This document shows, one piece after another, positions 41,101 through 51,822 of a stretch of DNA of 64,000 nt. The translations under genes were made by a program, and so were the position numbers. The stretch covers positions 3,036,864-3,100,863 of the forward strand of contig NW_019091360.1 in NCBI RefSeq assembly GCF_001949145.1, in the 5' to 3' direction. Under the pieces are notes generated by a model. That model saw only the letters and a program-made list of their open reading frames with translations. It did no database searches and was not told where the DNA came from. The stretch is from Acanthaster planci (taxonomy: Eukaryota). Each line of letters opens with the position of its first letter. Position 1 is the first letter of the stretch.

Positions 41101-43627
41101 CCCTTGGCCAGAGGTCAAAGATGACAGCCTACCATCTGCCAGTGTACATGCTTACGTTAGTCCTTGTCAGGTCTGGCCAGGGTCAGTGACAACAGTGCTT
41201 GGGTGAGGGCTGTTCTTGTTGCATTTTATTGCAATAACCTTAACCTCAGCTAGATATCCTGGCAGATAATGGAGGAATGGAATTCCCCCGTTAATAGTAC
41301 AACATTAAATTTCAGAGTAAACAAAGTATTTGTACCCCAAGTGCTGTCAGGATAACTTTGGTATACATGTACACATAGCTCTACATGGTACACAGTACAT
41401 GGTTCTTCACTGTAAATTTCTTTCAACAGAAAATCAATGAACATGCAAAACTGGCTATTATATCAAGCATCACACATGTACTGTGTATGTACATGTACAT
41501 GTACAATAGTACGTATGTAATGAATGTACATGCACTGATGCACAACAGGTCAGAAAGCATTCGACATGTACATGTACAGTACCTTGTCCTTGCACACTGT
41601 GTAGTACACACAAGCTGACCCAGTAACACAGTGCATATGTCCTTAAGTCAGCAGCCAATCAAAAGGCACCATTACGACACACCCAAACACATCCCTATTC
41701 ATGCAAATGAGGTGAAATGCCACCTAAGGCCAAACAGTGCACAAAACATGCTTGTATTTTATAAACCAGTGATGGATACAACCGGTAGTTCTAAATGTAC
41801 ATTGTACATGTACATGTATGTGAGTGTATATGTATGTACATGTATATTATACATGTGTGCAGTTGCAAAATGCATCGTGACCCATGGCTCAAGTCCAGCA
41901 CTGACATCCAGAATGATGTGATCTTTATGAGTCATGCGGTGCTTACAAAACTGAATGGCAGTGCACAAATGCAATATGTCTGTCTGCAACACTTGCCTGT
42001 CTTTAGAGTGGAAGTTTCTGCAAAGTCTAAATCATAAGAGCCCAATTTGATCTATTATTGCAAGACTGTTCCATAATATTCTTATCAGCTGGATATGTCT
42101 CAGCCGCATGTGCATGTATGGTAGTTTTTTGTCGGAAAACCTTTCTTTTTGAAAATGGCCCGATATTGAGGCAAACTTCAATCACTGACTTAAGAGCCAC
42201 AGTGTATCTAGGTGACAGACATTGTATGGTACCGTAATTCTTCAAGGAAGTGCACGTTTTCAAGCACTCCCAAGTTCTGCGATAATCAAGTGATACTTAC
42301 GACAACGCGTTTACCAGTCAAGTTCAATGCACAATTTGCCTCCAAAGACTTCTTTGACACTATTACCTGTGGGTTGGTGGTTTTAACAACCGATGTCCCA
42401 GCCAATAGATAGCGTGATCGTATTTTACACATACTGTAGAAATGTGTCAAAATGACTGTAACAGTTCAGGGAGATACAAATGAAGATATGGTAACAAACA
42501 GTACTTTCCTAAGAGAAAAGGTATAGGACGTTGGGTGGGTTGGGTACATTCATCTAGCCAGTTCACATATTAATTAGGTTATGATAGGTTAAGACCCATT
42601 TCTAAAGTGAGGCTATGGTTACAGCACTTTAGATTGGTTGCTGTCTGCGTCTTTTCCACAAATCTCTGCCAGATTTTATTTCCCTTTAAAAACTCCTCCA
42701 GAGGTATGGATCTACATGTACACAAATGTACCCCCAGGAAGAGGAAAATATCTATGAAAAGTAAATGTCGTATGAGGAAGTATTTCCATACAGACATCAC
42801 TAATTGTACACTACACAGGGGTGGTGAGTAGCCACAAACAAAAAGCCAAAAACAGGTACCGGTAGCAAAAAGCTGTAATTTAGGCTGAATCCGAATCTCT
42901 TGTCTAGAGCTAAGTCTAGGTCTTCACTCCATCGGAAATGCGTGGAGATACGTAGACAATAGACCTAGCCGTAGCTCTGGAAGCCCGTTACGGACACAGC
43001 CTTAAGAAGTATCCAGAATTTTGTATAGAGCATGTAAACACCAAAGCTGATTTTTGAGGACAAAGCTAAACCAAAAATACTGAAACTCAGCTGAAAAGCT
43101 GAATTCTCACACCGCTACCTTTAGTTGTTTATCAGCCATTAGAAAATGATGACAGGTCAAAGTCTGCAGGGAGAACATCAAAGCATTTACTTACAAAATA
43201 CTTGAAATTTTCGGACAAAACTCGCAGGATTTGTGGACAGGGTGTCAAGTGTTTGTAATGTATATCATCAATGATGGGGGGTTCTCTTTCTAGCATTGGA
43301 TTTTTGACTGAAAAAAGAGGGAAAGGGGAAAAATGAAAAACAAAATTGTGCTCATTTCGGGGCTCGAACCTGGGTCCGCATTCTTGCTGGTCAGTGTTAA
43401 CTCTAAGTTCGTAAAAACAAATTTTACGCAGTTCTGTACCAGTAAGTTCGTGCAAGGGCCGCACTCAACTTCTCAAGAACATGACACTGAGTGTGCGTGA
43501 GTTAAGCCTGACGAATTCACCGATGCAATGATGGAAGGATGAATCACTTTTTCAATCAACTTACTGCATCATCCACGGAACCGTTGGTCTCCAGTCGCCG
43601 TAGCTTTGTTGCCGGCTCACCGTCCAT
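20063..43627 (-). CDS. PAH: Phenylalanine-4-hydroxylase, complete 13-exon gene (1353 nt CDS, 450 aa)
   Basis: Hand-spliced exons, all GT-AG and in frame: 43627-43565, 36299-36195, 35099-34922, 31719-31631, 30217-30150, 28968-28772, 27714-27579, 25625-25556, 24748-24692, 24443-24348, 23726-23593, 21782-21667, 20106-20063. ACT domain ([18 protein letters not shown]), VPWFPR-type motif, Fe ligands in CHELIGHVP and FTVEFG, and GAGLLSS. PAH-type rather than TH/TPH residues: AGLLS (Leu, not TPH Tyr), VFHSTQY (His), YWFTVEFG (Trp), YPISSFQP (no TH Asp). Confidence 0.96.
21667..21782 (-). CDS. PAH: PAH exon 12 ([38 protein letters not shown])
   Basis: 116 nt, canonical splice sites. Confidence 0.96.
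22350..22915. repeat. 35-bp minisatellite (ATATGATCTGTGATTGACTTGTAATCTGACTTCTG), about 15 copies, in PAH intron 11
   Basis: Period measured at 22761 and 22796; degenerates towards the left end. Confidence 0.9.
23593..23726 (-). CDS. PAH: PAH exon 11 ([12 protein letters not shown]...[13 protein letters not shown])
   Basis: 134 nt, canonical splice sites. Confidence 0.96.
24348..24443 (-). CDS. PAH: PAH exon 10 ([32 protein letters not shown])
   Basis: 96 nt; Fe-binding Glu. Confidence 0.96.
24692..24748 (-). CDS. PAH: PAH exon 9 ([19 protein letters not shown])
   Basis: 57 nt, canonical splice sites. Confidence 0.96.
25556..25625 (-). CDS. PAH: PAH exon 8 ([23 protein letters not shown])
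   Basis: 70 nt; both Fe-binding His residues. Confidence 0.96.
27579..27714 (-). CDS. PAH: PAH exon 7 ([44 protein letters not shown])
   Basis: 136 nt, canonical splice sites; pterin-binding loop. Confidence 0.96.
28772..28968 (-). CDS. PAH: PAH exon 6 ([10 protein letters not shown]...[12 protein letters not shown])
   Basis: 197 nt, canonical splice sites. Confidence 0.96.
29786..29852. repeat. 26-bp tandem repeat, about 2.5 copies
   Basis: CATATGACATTACTTTTTTATTATGA repeated. Confidence 0.8.
30150..30217 (-). CDS. PAH: PAH exon 5 ([22 protein letters not shown])
   Basis: 68 nt, canonical splice sites. Confidence 0.96.
31186..31426. repeat. 122-bp tandem duplication in PAH intron 4
   Basis: Units start at 31186 and 31308, with few mismatches. 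Confidence 0.9.
31631..31719 (-). CDS. PAH: PAH exon 4 ([29 protein letters not shown])
   Basis: 89 nt, canonical splice sites. Confidence 0.96.
34922..35099 (-). CDS. PAH: PAH exon 3 ([16 protein letters not shown]...[11 protein letters not shown])
   Basis: 178 nt, TAG acceptor and GTAAG donor; IESRPS ACT motif. Confidence 0.95.
36195..36299 (-). CDS. PAH: PAH exon 2 ([35 protein letters not shown])
   Basis: 105 nt, AG acceptor and GTATGT donor; first half of the ACT domain. Confidence 0.93.
38238..38325. repeat. 16-bp tandem repeat (GCAATAATGTTGCAAT), about 5 copies
   Basis: Read directly from the sequence. Confidence 0.85.
42883..43001. mobile_element. 119-bp PIF/Harbinger-type MITE, TTA TSD
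   Basis: TTA-GGCTGAATCCG...CGGACACAGCC-TTA; the paralogous site (about 6915-6940) is empty. Confidence 0.75.
43565..43627 (-). CDS. PAH: PAH exon 1 ([21 protein letters not shown])
   Basis: ATG at 43627, 63 nt, phase-0 donor GTAAGT matching the phase-0 acceptor of exon 2. Exons 1+2 total 168 nt, as in human PAH. The sequence is conserved in the paralog at 7514-7582. Confidence 0.85.
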
Positions 43628-43765
43628 TTCCCTTTAACAAGTGCAGCAGAATTTTGCGAACAGATCCACAGAGGACACTTTCAAAGCCGAGAAATCGGCG
43701 TTTTCGCTTCAGCCGTCAGGTTTCCGTACGTCCTGAAGGCCAAATTTTGTTACGCAGTCTAAAAG

Positions 43766-43848
43766 CGCATGACGTACGTGCGACGCAAGTGCGTGCGACG
43801 TGCTTATCTTACCTAACCTACCGGGGGGGCGCTATTTAACTTCAGTGT
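43766..43848 (-). promoter_or_regulatory. Conserved PAH proximal promoter block (TGACGT CRE-like sites, CTTATCT GATA site, GGGGGCGCTA CTCF-like motif)
   Basis: Lies 140-220 bp upstream of the PAH ATG. Homologous pieces survive in the paralog at about 9651-9679 and 10270-10330. Motif identities are consensus matches by eye. Confidence 0.45.
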
Positions 43849-43884
43849 GACGGCGCGGCCACATCAATGGGCGGTCACTCTTTA

Positions 43885-44350
43885 AGGCGCAGTCCATTAA
43901 TTCAAGTGAGAATTTCTAGCCAGCCCATCAGCATTAAAAGTGCCCCCGCAGTGTCTTTTGAAAAAGGAGATTGTGTGGCCCCCAAAATGGTGAGATTGTG
44001 TAAATCTCTGCAAGAATCAGTGAACTCCCTGGGGGTCCTTGGGATTTCATCTGAGAGTAGAAAGGCTAAAAAATACGGTTGAAAAATGGTCCTATATTAT
44101 AAGAGTCCGAGAAAGTTGAGGGTTTCACTTGAAAATGACTGCAAGCAGACTTGAGAAAATAAAACACTTTTCGGGGGTAATTTCATTTTGTTGGGATAAC
44201 TCAAAATATAATTGGTTAACCCACAGAATATTAAAAAGAAAGTGAAAGATTGTGGACCATACAATAATTTAACGTACGCAAGTTATAGGACCCCGAACGA
44301 TGCTAATTTTACACTGTTTTCAATGGGGCTTGATTAGTGGACTACACCCT
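43885..44350. mobile_element. 466-bp MITE, TTA TSD, in the PAH promoter
   Basis: TIRs AGGCGCAGTCCATTAATTCAAG / CTTGATTAGTGGACTACACCCT, with TTA at 43882-43884 and 44351-44353. Empty site in the paralog: GGCCACTTTTTATGGTGCACCC (about 10334-10355). Confidence 0.75.
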
Positions 44351-44402
44351 TTAGGTGCACCCATTGATCTCCATTATAAAGGCATGTTTATTCCCTTTTT
44401 AA

Positions 44403-44564
44403 TACGGGTGTTTCACAATAGTGCACCTCCAAGAGTTTGCAACGTGTTGACCAGTCACAGTGCGAGAAATCTGTCGACCCAATGCGCGTCTGAAAAGGGT
44501 ACGGCTCCACAGACTTCACGCTCGTTGCAAACTTTTGGGGGCACGCTATTGTCAATCGCCCGTA
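44403..44564. mobile_element. Palindromic MITE, copy B (TA-flanked, TACGGG...CCCGTA)
   Basis: Same family as copy A and shares its left flank; TA flanks suggest Tc1/mariner. Confidence 0.8.
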
Positions 44565-46336
44565 TTTTACAAACTTTACTGTAAATTTGTAGCCTCACTT
44601 GAAACAAAGAGTTGTTAAATCTTTTTACTGTTATTTTTGTGAGTTATACTTGTGGTTTGCTGTACGGTTGTTTTTATAGTTCCCCTGTCTAACTGATTCT
44701 TACTTTTTACTCAATTATGTGCAATATATTCAGCACATTGTTTATTCAAATCAATCTTGAGTGTAGCAACTTTTTCTCTCACATTTTCACGGATACCGTC
44801 CAAATAAATGAAATTGGAACCAACCGTGTTTAACCCTGTTTGCAACTCCTATCCAAGAGCAGAAATAGCCAACACCAGGACAATATTGGAGGGCGCACAG
44901 GCCCAAAATATGATTTCAGGTTTTGAAGCCGGTTTTAGAAATGAATCTTTTTCAGCTGAAAGGTATATCCGGCTAGGCAACTTCACGGCACCATTTTTGG
45001 ATGTCCTAAGCTGTGCTGCAAAAGACAAAAATAAAATTAATGATTTTTTTCCCACAAATTGCCCTATAGGAACTAAAAGTGAAAAAGGTTAAACGCGCGT
45101 TTTACTATCATCATGCGACAATGTGACAGCACGACGCGCCAGTGCGCTGTGGACTGGGCAAGTGGTGCTGAGTCAAAGGTGAGGGACATTAAATCAGAAT
45201 CCTTTCTCCTATGGCGGTCTTAACGAACGTTTGAGACTGACCAAGCTCATATTTATTGCCTTGTGAGTTAAAAATTATATATTTCCAACGATTTTGTCCA
45301 CTAATTTTACTTCGCTTGTTCAACCCCGGCCCTGTAATGGTATGTCCCCCCGACAGCCAGCGTTTTTTCACTGTTTAAGACCGGCCACGTGACGGGCTCT
45401 TGACCAATTATATCATAGGAACTGTCTCGGGCCTAAATAGTTAATTTTAAAAAACTGCCATTAATATGTAATGAAGAGAAAGTACATTTTGAGGGAAAAC
45501 CTAGCAGTACGGGATAGGTCTAGGTCCAAAAGAAAGATCTGCATCACTTTTTATTGACACTGGAAATATGAAAAGTAAACAAGAAGAAAAACCGCAGGAT
45601 ATAAATAATTGCTCTCAAAAGGTCGTCTTTTATTTATCAGATTTTATCTTTTATTTTTCAAACAAGAGAGAAATATCAAATTTGTCTTTTTATTCACATG
45701 AGTCGGTTTTAGATTCTCCGAGATGAAAACAAAGGAGCCTGCACTGTAGATTAATGAGAGCGCAATGCGCAGGCCTCCACCTTGCATTCGAACGGTTACC
45801 TTTGATATCGATACTGTATGCATATACAGGAACTCGTAATTGATGAGGACTGCTTCATTATGCTGCATGTACATGTACCACATTAACGTGCTAGAGTATG
45901 TCAAGCAGTATATCTGCTGGCCTAGGACTCATGTACTGTATTCTCCTGAGCGTTTTCTGTGTATACAGTCTTGCATCTATTCCCGTTTCCGATCGTGTGT
46001 TTACATAGGGGTGTCGCCCCCCTGTACTTATCTCATTATTGATTACTTTGTATACACGCTGCTCTCATCTTCCATGATTCAATGTACAGTGATAATAGCG
46101 CGAAATGAGGCTGACACTCACATGGACATGGTATTGGAATGCAGTGTCAATATTGTAAAACCGAAATAGCAACAGGTAGGCCTGGGCTACATGCGTGCAA
46201 CGTAGTCGGTCACAAGCTGTTGTGGATCCAACTGGGAACAGACGTGAGTAGCCTATGCATCTGTAAATGCAATTGTATCAATCGGAGATAGTGTTGTGTG
46301 TAAAATGAATGGCGATCAGATGCATGCTCTGTGAAG

Positions 46337-49300
46337 ATGGAGCAAAGTCTGGCACCCGTCAACGTGAATAACAACAAGCCCGAGTCTCCCGTAAAGAAGA
46401 TGGGCACCGTACCGCCGATCAAGTATTCCTCTACCATGCCGCATCCCAGGAAGGGAGTGTGGTGTGCAGGAGGCAGGGCCATCCCCAGCCTCACCACGGG
46501 CAAGGAACTGAGGCAGGAACATGAATTTCTGGTGCAAACCTGTAGCAGCACTGAAGAGAGGGTCTCTTGCCAATTGAAAATGCTGCGAAGAGAACTGGTG
46601 GGTATAAATATACATATACAATTCATTTCTATCGCTGATTTGTCTGCAATCTTTGGACCTAGATGATCATGATATACTTTTACACATTTGTACTTGAAAA
46701 TGTAACTTAATTCCATGATGGACATAGATCCTAAAAATGAGTACATCTTTCCAACGTCGTGGGCAACTTTGGTCAAAATATCAACTGATTACACTTTTGT
46801 AAAAACTCTCCCCAAAGTTGATAAAACGCTTAGACGTTCAGTACCAGTTATCAGATTCATGATAACAATTAGAAAAATTATAAAGCTTTACTGGTTTGAT
46901 AACATTTAGACGTGAGATTCTTGGGAGGTAAGTCAAGACACCCAGAATTCACAGTTCAAGAAGAGGAGCAAAGATTAACAAAATGAAACAGCATCTTGTG
47001 CACTCTCGGGGATTTTATTGTGCCTAACAACAATTTACAACACCTGCAGAAAGCATACATATTAATGAAAACTGGGATCACCATAGGGCAACCATCAAAG
47101 GCATACACATGTGCTTGGACTGATGCATTATTGATTTCAACAGATTGGAATGTCATCGATAAAATGACAGTCGTTAAAAGAAACATGATTCTGGCGCCCA
47201 TAAATTCATAAAAGCGAAGAGGTTTTGCGAGATCAGCCTAATAATGTGTTAAAGGGTTGATAATGCTGTTCTAGCGTGCCTTGGTTAATATTCATGCATA
47301 TCGACGCGGGGACGGGTATTTTATAAATCTAGACTCTCTTTTCCTTCTGTTAAATGTTGAAGCGTATTGTGAGGCGTTTTACCTAAGTAATAAATTGAAA
47401 TAGTAAAAGAAATTGACTGTTTTAAGTTGGAAAAAAATATTATAATGTTCGCCCAGATTGTAAGACAGCCTTTAATGAAAATTCAACAAACTGAGAAACA
47501 AGGAAATTATAAGGAAAATAAACACGAGTTCTTTTTTTAGCAGAAGAGAAAGTCGTTATGGCCTGACGGACAGACCGTCCCACCGTGACTCATTTTTGTA
47601 AGGACAAGTCAGTTTCATAAGCGATAGTGTTATTGTTCGTGATGGCATTGTTTCGACCATGGGCTTTCACAAGCGAAGCTCAGGAAGCGTCAGTGAAGGA
47701 AATGAGATATGAAAATGGCGGGTTGGTCCTGGCAGAAGGCCGAAACTTGACTCCGCCAATTGCAATTCCATATTTCACGATATCTGGGGAGACGAAAGCG
47801 ACTATTCCCCATGGTGGAGTGTATGAAGGTTTGGTACCCGCTGCAGTTTCACAGAATTACTGACAATATCGTCATTTAGGTGAACGGTTCTCCATGGCCA
47901 TCATGGAGATGATGGCCATCTGAACCTGTCTGACATCACATTAATATGATTCCAGCGAGTTTTCTTAATAACTTCGATGCTTCGATCCTTTTTCTTGTAT
48001 GCCATTTTCACGTGAGAGCTCCTTTGGACTACCTTCGTTAAAGACCACTTCAAACCAAAGAGTACATAGTCTACTTGTAAAAGTCATAAAGACTGTAATT
48101 GGTCAGCTAGTAAATAATTGGCAATCACAATGAATATGTAAGCTATAGTTACAATACTTTACAGAATACAGTACTCTAAAACAAGATACCAGATATATTT
48201 TATTGTACAATAATACATATTCATGTGACCTCATTCTAATGCAGAAACATCAGGCAGTGCATACTGACTCAGGGACCATATCTTTTCAATATGGGGTGGA
48301 CTGTTTTTTCCCCCGAAAGAACATCACATGAACTTGAAGTTATATTACAATCAATTAAAAAGTTCACTGCTGTCGTAAAATACCCATAAACTACATGCTT
48401 CACTAAAGACGGATTGTTAAACATGCATGGTAAATTCGTACTCAGTGGACCCACTGTGTGTGATATGGATCCCGCCTACAGGGCAAAATGCATAAACGAT
48501 GTGTTACATTTAACAGCTTGTTGTCGAGGTGCATGCACCGTAATCTTTTGTCGTCCCACTTGACCTTTTGGGAGATCAGAAAAAAGACCCTCAATCCTTC
48601 TGTTGTTTGCACACGGCTTACACTCTACAAATTATTTATGACACTGCCTCGGGAATTTATCAGTACCAAACCAATTTATCGTGCCTGCACTTTAATTTAT
48701 CAATCGTATTTGGTTCTTTTTAAACTAGGCAGGCTTAAGTGGCTTGCATATTTTTATGGGTCTAGCCGTGCACATTGGCTGCATGAAATGGTGCTTTTGT
48801 GATACCTCATGAACACATTGACTGGATAGTATATGTGACCGCAGAAATCCTGCTCCACTGAAGTAACACATCTCTTTTCATTTGATAAATCAGTAAAATA
48901 ACCTTGTTTAATATTCCTTTAGCGTTATATAACAATGAACAAACGGGCATAATTTAAATGATGTGGACACAGAGGTGAGCGTTTGGTCCAATCGATATTT
49001 CTCCAGTCACCTGACATGCAGGTGTGAATAGCGCGGGTCAATCGTGCGATCTCATTTTTTTAGCCTGTAAAATTCATAGACTCATTGGTGTGTGCTTTCT
49101 ATACATGTGCCTGGACGTGAGGTTTGAAGGAGGTATCAAGCACCCTCGACGCTCGGTACACAGGTGGAGCGAGACATTTATAAGCTCAATAACTCGGTAC
49201 CAACAACAGATCCTGCGGGAAAACACCCACTTTGTCATATTTAGCAAAGTGAGATTGCTAAATCTTGCTTTCGTAAAACAATCAACAAATATTCGCCCAA

Positions 49301-50134
49301 ACCAAATTAAAATAAAGGAGACTGAATTAGGCGTCGTGAGGTGGAGGGCAAGGAGGCCTTTACCCGCGGAAAACAATTTAGAACAGCTCAGGAGAAAGAA
49401 CTGGGAAAAAAGGAAGACGGGGGATAAAAATCTTAATTCGCTAGAACACAGCTCCAGAGGTTTTGGAAAAGCTAGCAGATATATTTTCCAGAAATTGATA
49501 ATGTCGCAGTGTGGAATTCTTAATGAATATTTTAATAAAATTTATTTGACGGAATTGGAAAAGGCCTTTTTAACCTGTCCGAAAATGGTTCTATTACACA
49601 GAAGGCTATGCGGATGCAGGACCAGTTGTTACTGCGACAGCTCCTACGTATCTATGCAATGATAAACGATCTCTATGGCAACGCTCAGGACCGGTCTCCA
49701 AGCAACCAACAGGAGGCACCTATCATGGCTGACGAGGTGGCTGACCTCCTCACACAATCCGGGCACCTGGACATCCGGGACATTGTCAGTCGATTGTCGC
49801 CACTGCGGCGGCGGAGGGGGAGCGACCCTGAAGCCCTGCACTGCGGCGTCACCGGCATGCTCGAGTTCGAAGAGTCAGATGTCGAGGGTAAGAACTAGCG
49901 CCCTCTTTACTTCACACAAATTAAACTCCCGTCTGCCCCGTGCAAGTAGGCTCTCGCATCTCAAAATCTTGGAAACAGTTGCAACCCGCTAAGGCCTTTT
50001 AACCAGACTTAAAACATTATCAGTGTATACCTTTTTCTTTTAAGACAGCAAGTGAATACAAGCGCAGGTTCGATGGCCCTTGGCAATGTTTTCCTACAGT
50101 AGATCAGGAAAAACTGAGAAAAATTCTTCGCTAA
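46337..50134 (+). CDS. FAM167/AARD-like small coiled-coil protein, 3 coding exons (about 193 aa)
   Basis: Exons 46337-46597 (GT donor, phase 0), 49602-49887 (CAG acceptor, GTAAG donor, phase 1), 50100-50134 (TTTTCCTACAG acceptor, ends ...VDQEKLRKILR*). The spliced junction reads LKMLRRELKAMRMQDQLLLRQLLRIYAMINDL, resembling the FAM167 core [30 protein letters not shown]. Confidence 0.72.
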
Positions 50135-51822
50135 ACACTACGTATTGTGCGTGTACAATGAACAAACACAACAAAAACAACTCCGTAAAAACCATCACGA
50201 TGCCTTCAGTGCCGTTTAAGGATACTCCTGGTCCTAGGAAAAAAATATCAAAGCAAACAAAGCAAAAAGTAAACAACTGGACATCTTTCATTCAAATGTA
50301 TGCACGAATGACTGTTTGCAAGTGACTGCACTGAAACACAGTGCGTGTTTTTGCTCGGACCAACGGCGTAACTTCTTGTTGTCAGTGCTTGCCTTCTGCT
50401 GAATTTGTCACGAGTTACAACAAAGAAACTGCCGCTTATATAGAATCATTGTTCTTTCAGGTGACAAAGCACGTGCGTGCATATATATTGCGTCATACAT
50501 TGTCAAATCTCAACTCTTGTGGAAGATAATTCTAAACTGCATTTTGACAGAGTGAAAGGTGGTTCTCATTGAAGGCGCCCACAGCATGTCTCGTTTAGTG
50601 AAGTTACTGCCGCTAGTGACAACCGCAATGGCATTTTAAGTTTGAGTTCAGGTCTGAAATCGAGAAATCTTTGTTTCAAAACACGGCATGTGTACAGTGT
50701 AGTATTTCTGACCTGTTCGCGTAATGCAGTAGCAGAGCTCAGCAGATTTTTTATATAAATGCGAAAATCAAATTTGATAACTGCGGAGTTTCGCATAATA
50801 ACGTCATAAGTTTGGCGCACCTCGCCAAAATTGAACATTATTTACTACGATATTCCGGTGGACAAAAATCGGGTCGGCTGGAAAAGATATTGACTTTGTT
50901 GTCCTCACCTGAGCTGACTGATTTTTTGGTCCTTTTTTTGACTGCAGATGTTAACACTAAATTTATATCCCTGCAACAACAATCTGAACAGACACCCGTT
51001 CTCCGCTTAAGCCCGCGAACCTTGGTGATAACCACGTAGTGTCGAAAGGGATCTCCACTGGCTAAAAAAAAGGGCAGTATAAGAAACAAAAAGTGACCGT
51101 ACTTCGGTAAATTTACAACTTTAACGAGATAGTGCCACATAATGCAATGTAAAGCGTACTTATTTAATAGTCAGTCTTAAAAGCAAAGAACAACCTAATT
51201 AGTGGTAAAAATATCAGCAGTGTCGAACCGTGTTCTTCAATATGTGCCATTCTAATGCGATGTTGGAACAAACCTGGCAATATCCCTACAACACACTAAA
51301 GTAGTTGTGAACTTATTGGAACTTTAGGTCTAATGGGCTTTTTGATCAACACCGCCTGATTTATGTATTGAGAGAGTTCCGTTTTGGCAAACGATGTTGT
51401 CTTCACAGTTGAATGTTGAAACGGTGTTTGTGTGGGAAAGCTGCTCTGTTTATGCTCATCGTGCTTACTGGTCAAGTTGGTCATCAGGAAAGTAAATTAC
51501 TAGCAAATTAGAATTAGCACATTGCGTGGACATGTCCACTCTGTCTGCGGAGAGAAGCACGCGGCATGCACAATATGCGTAACTATTAATTATGTTTAGG
51601 GTTAAAAGATGAACTTCGTACGTATGTGGGGATTATTTATAAACTATCCAGCAACCAGAATTAAACGCCATTTACGATAGCGGTGCCTTCCTGTTCGCAC
51701 GCAGGTGTTACGCGCGCGTTATCGGTACTTTCCTCTCCCACCAATAGGATGTAATTTGCGCACGCGCTCACGTTAAGTGCTGCACGGTCAACTTGTTCCA
51801 CCCGAACGCAAATTTGCTTCAT

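Noticed and set aside
41880..42420. Degenerate PHD/Ulp1-like fragment ([10 protein letters not shown]) on the minus strand in PAH intron 1
   Set aside because: One short motif among many stops; too weak to call.
49024..49662. 212-aa ORF
   Set aside because: GTG start, AT-rich intronic sequence, and it overlaps the real exon 2 in another frame.
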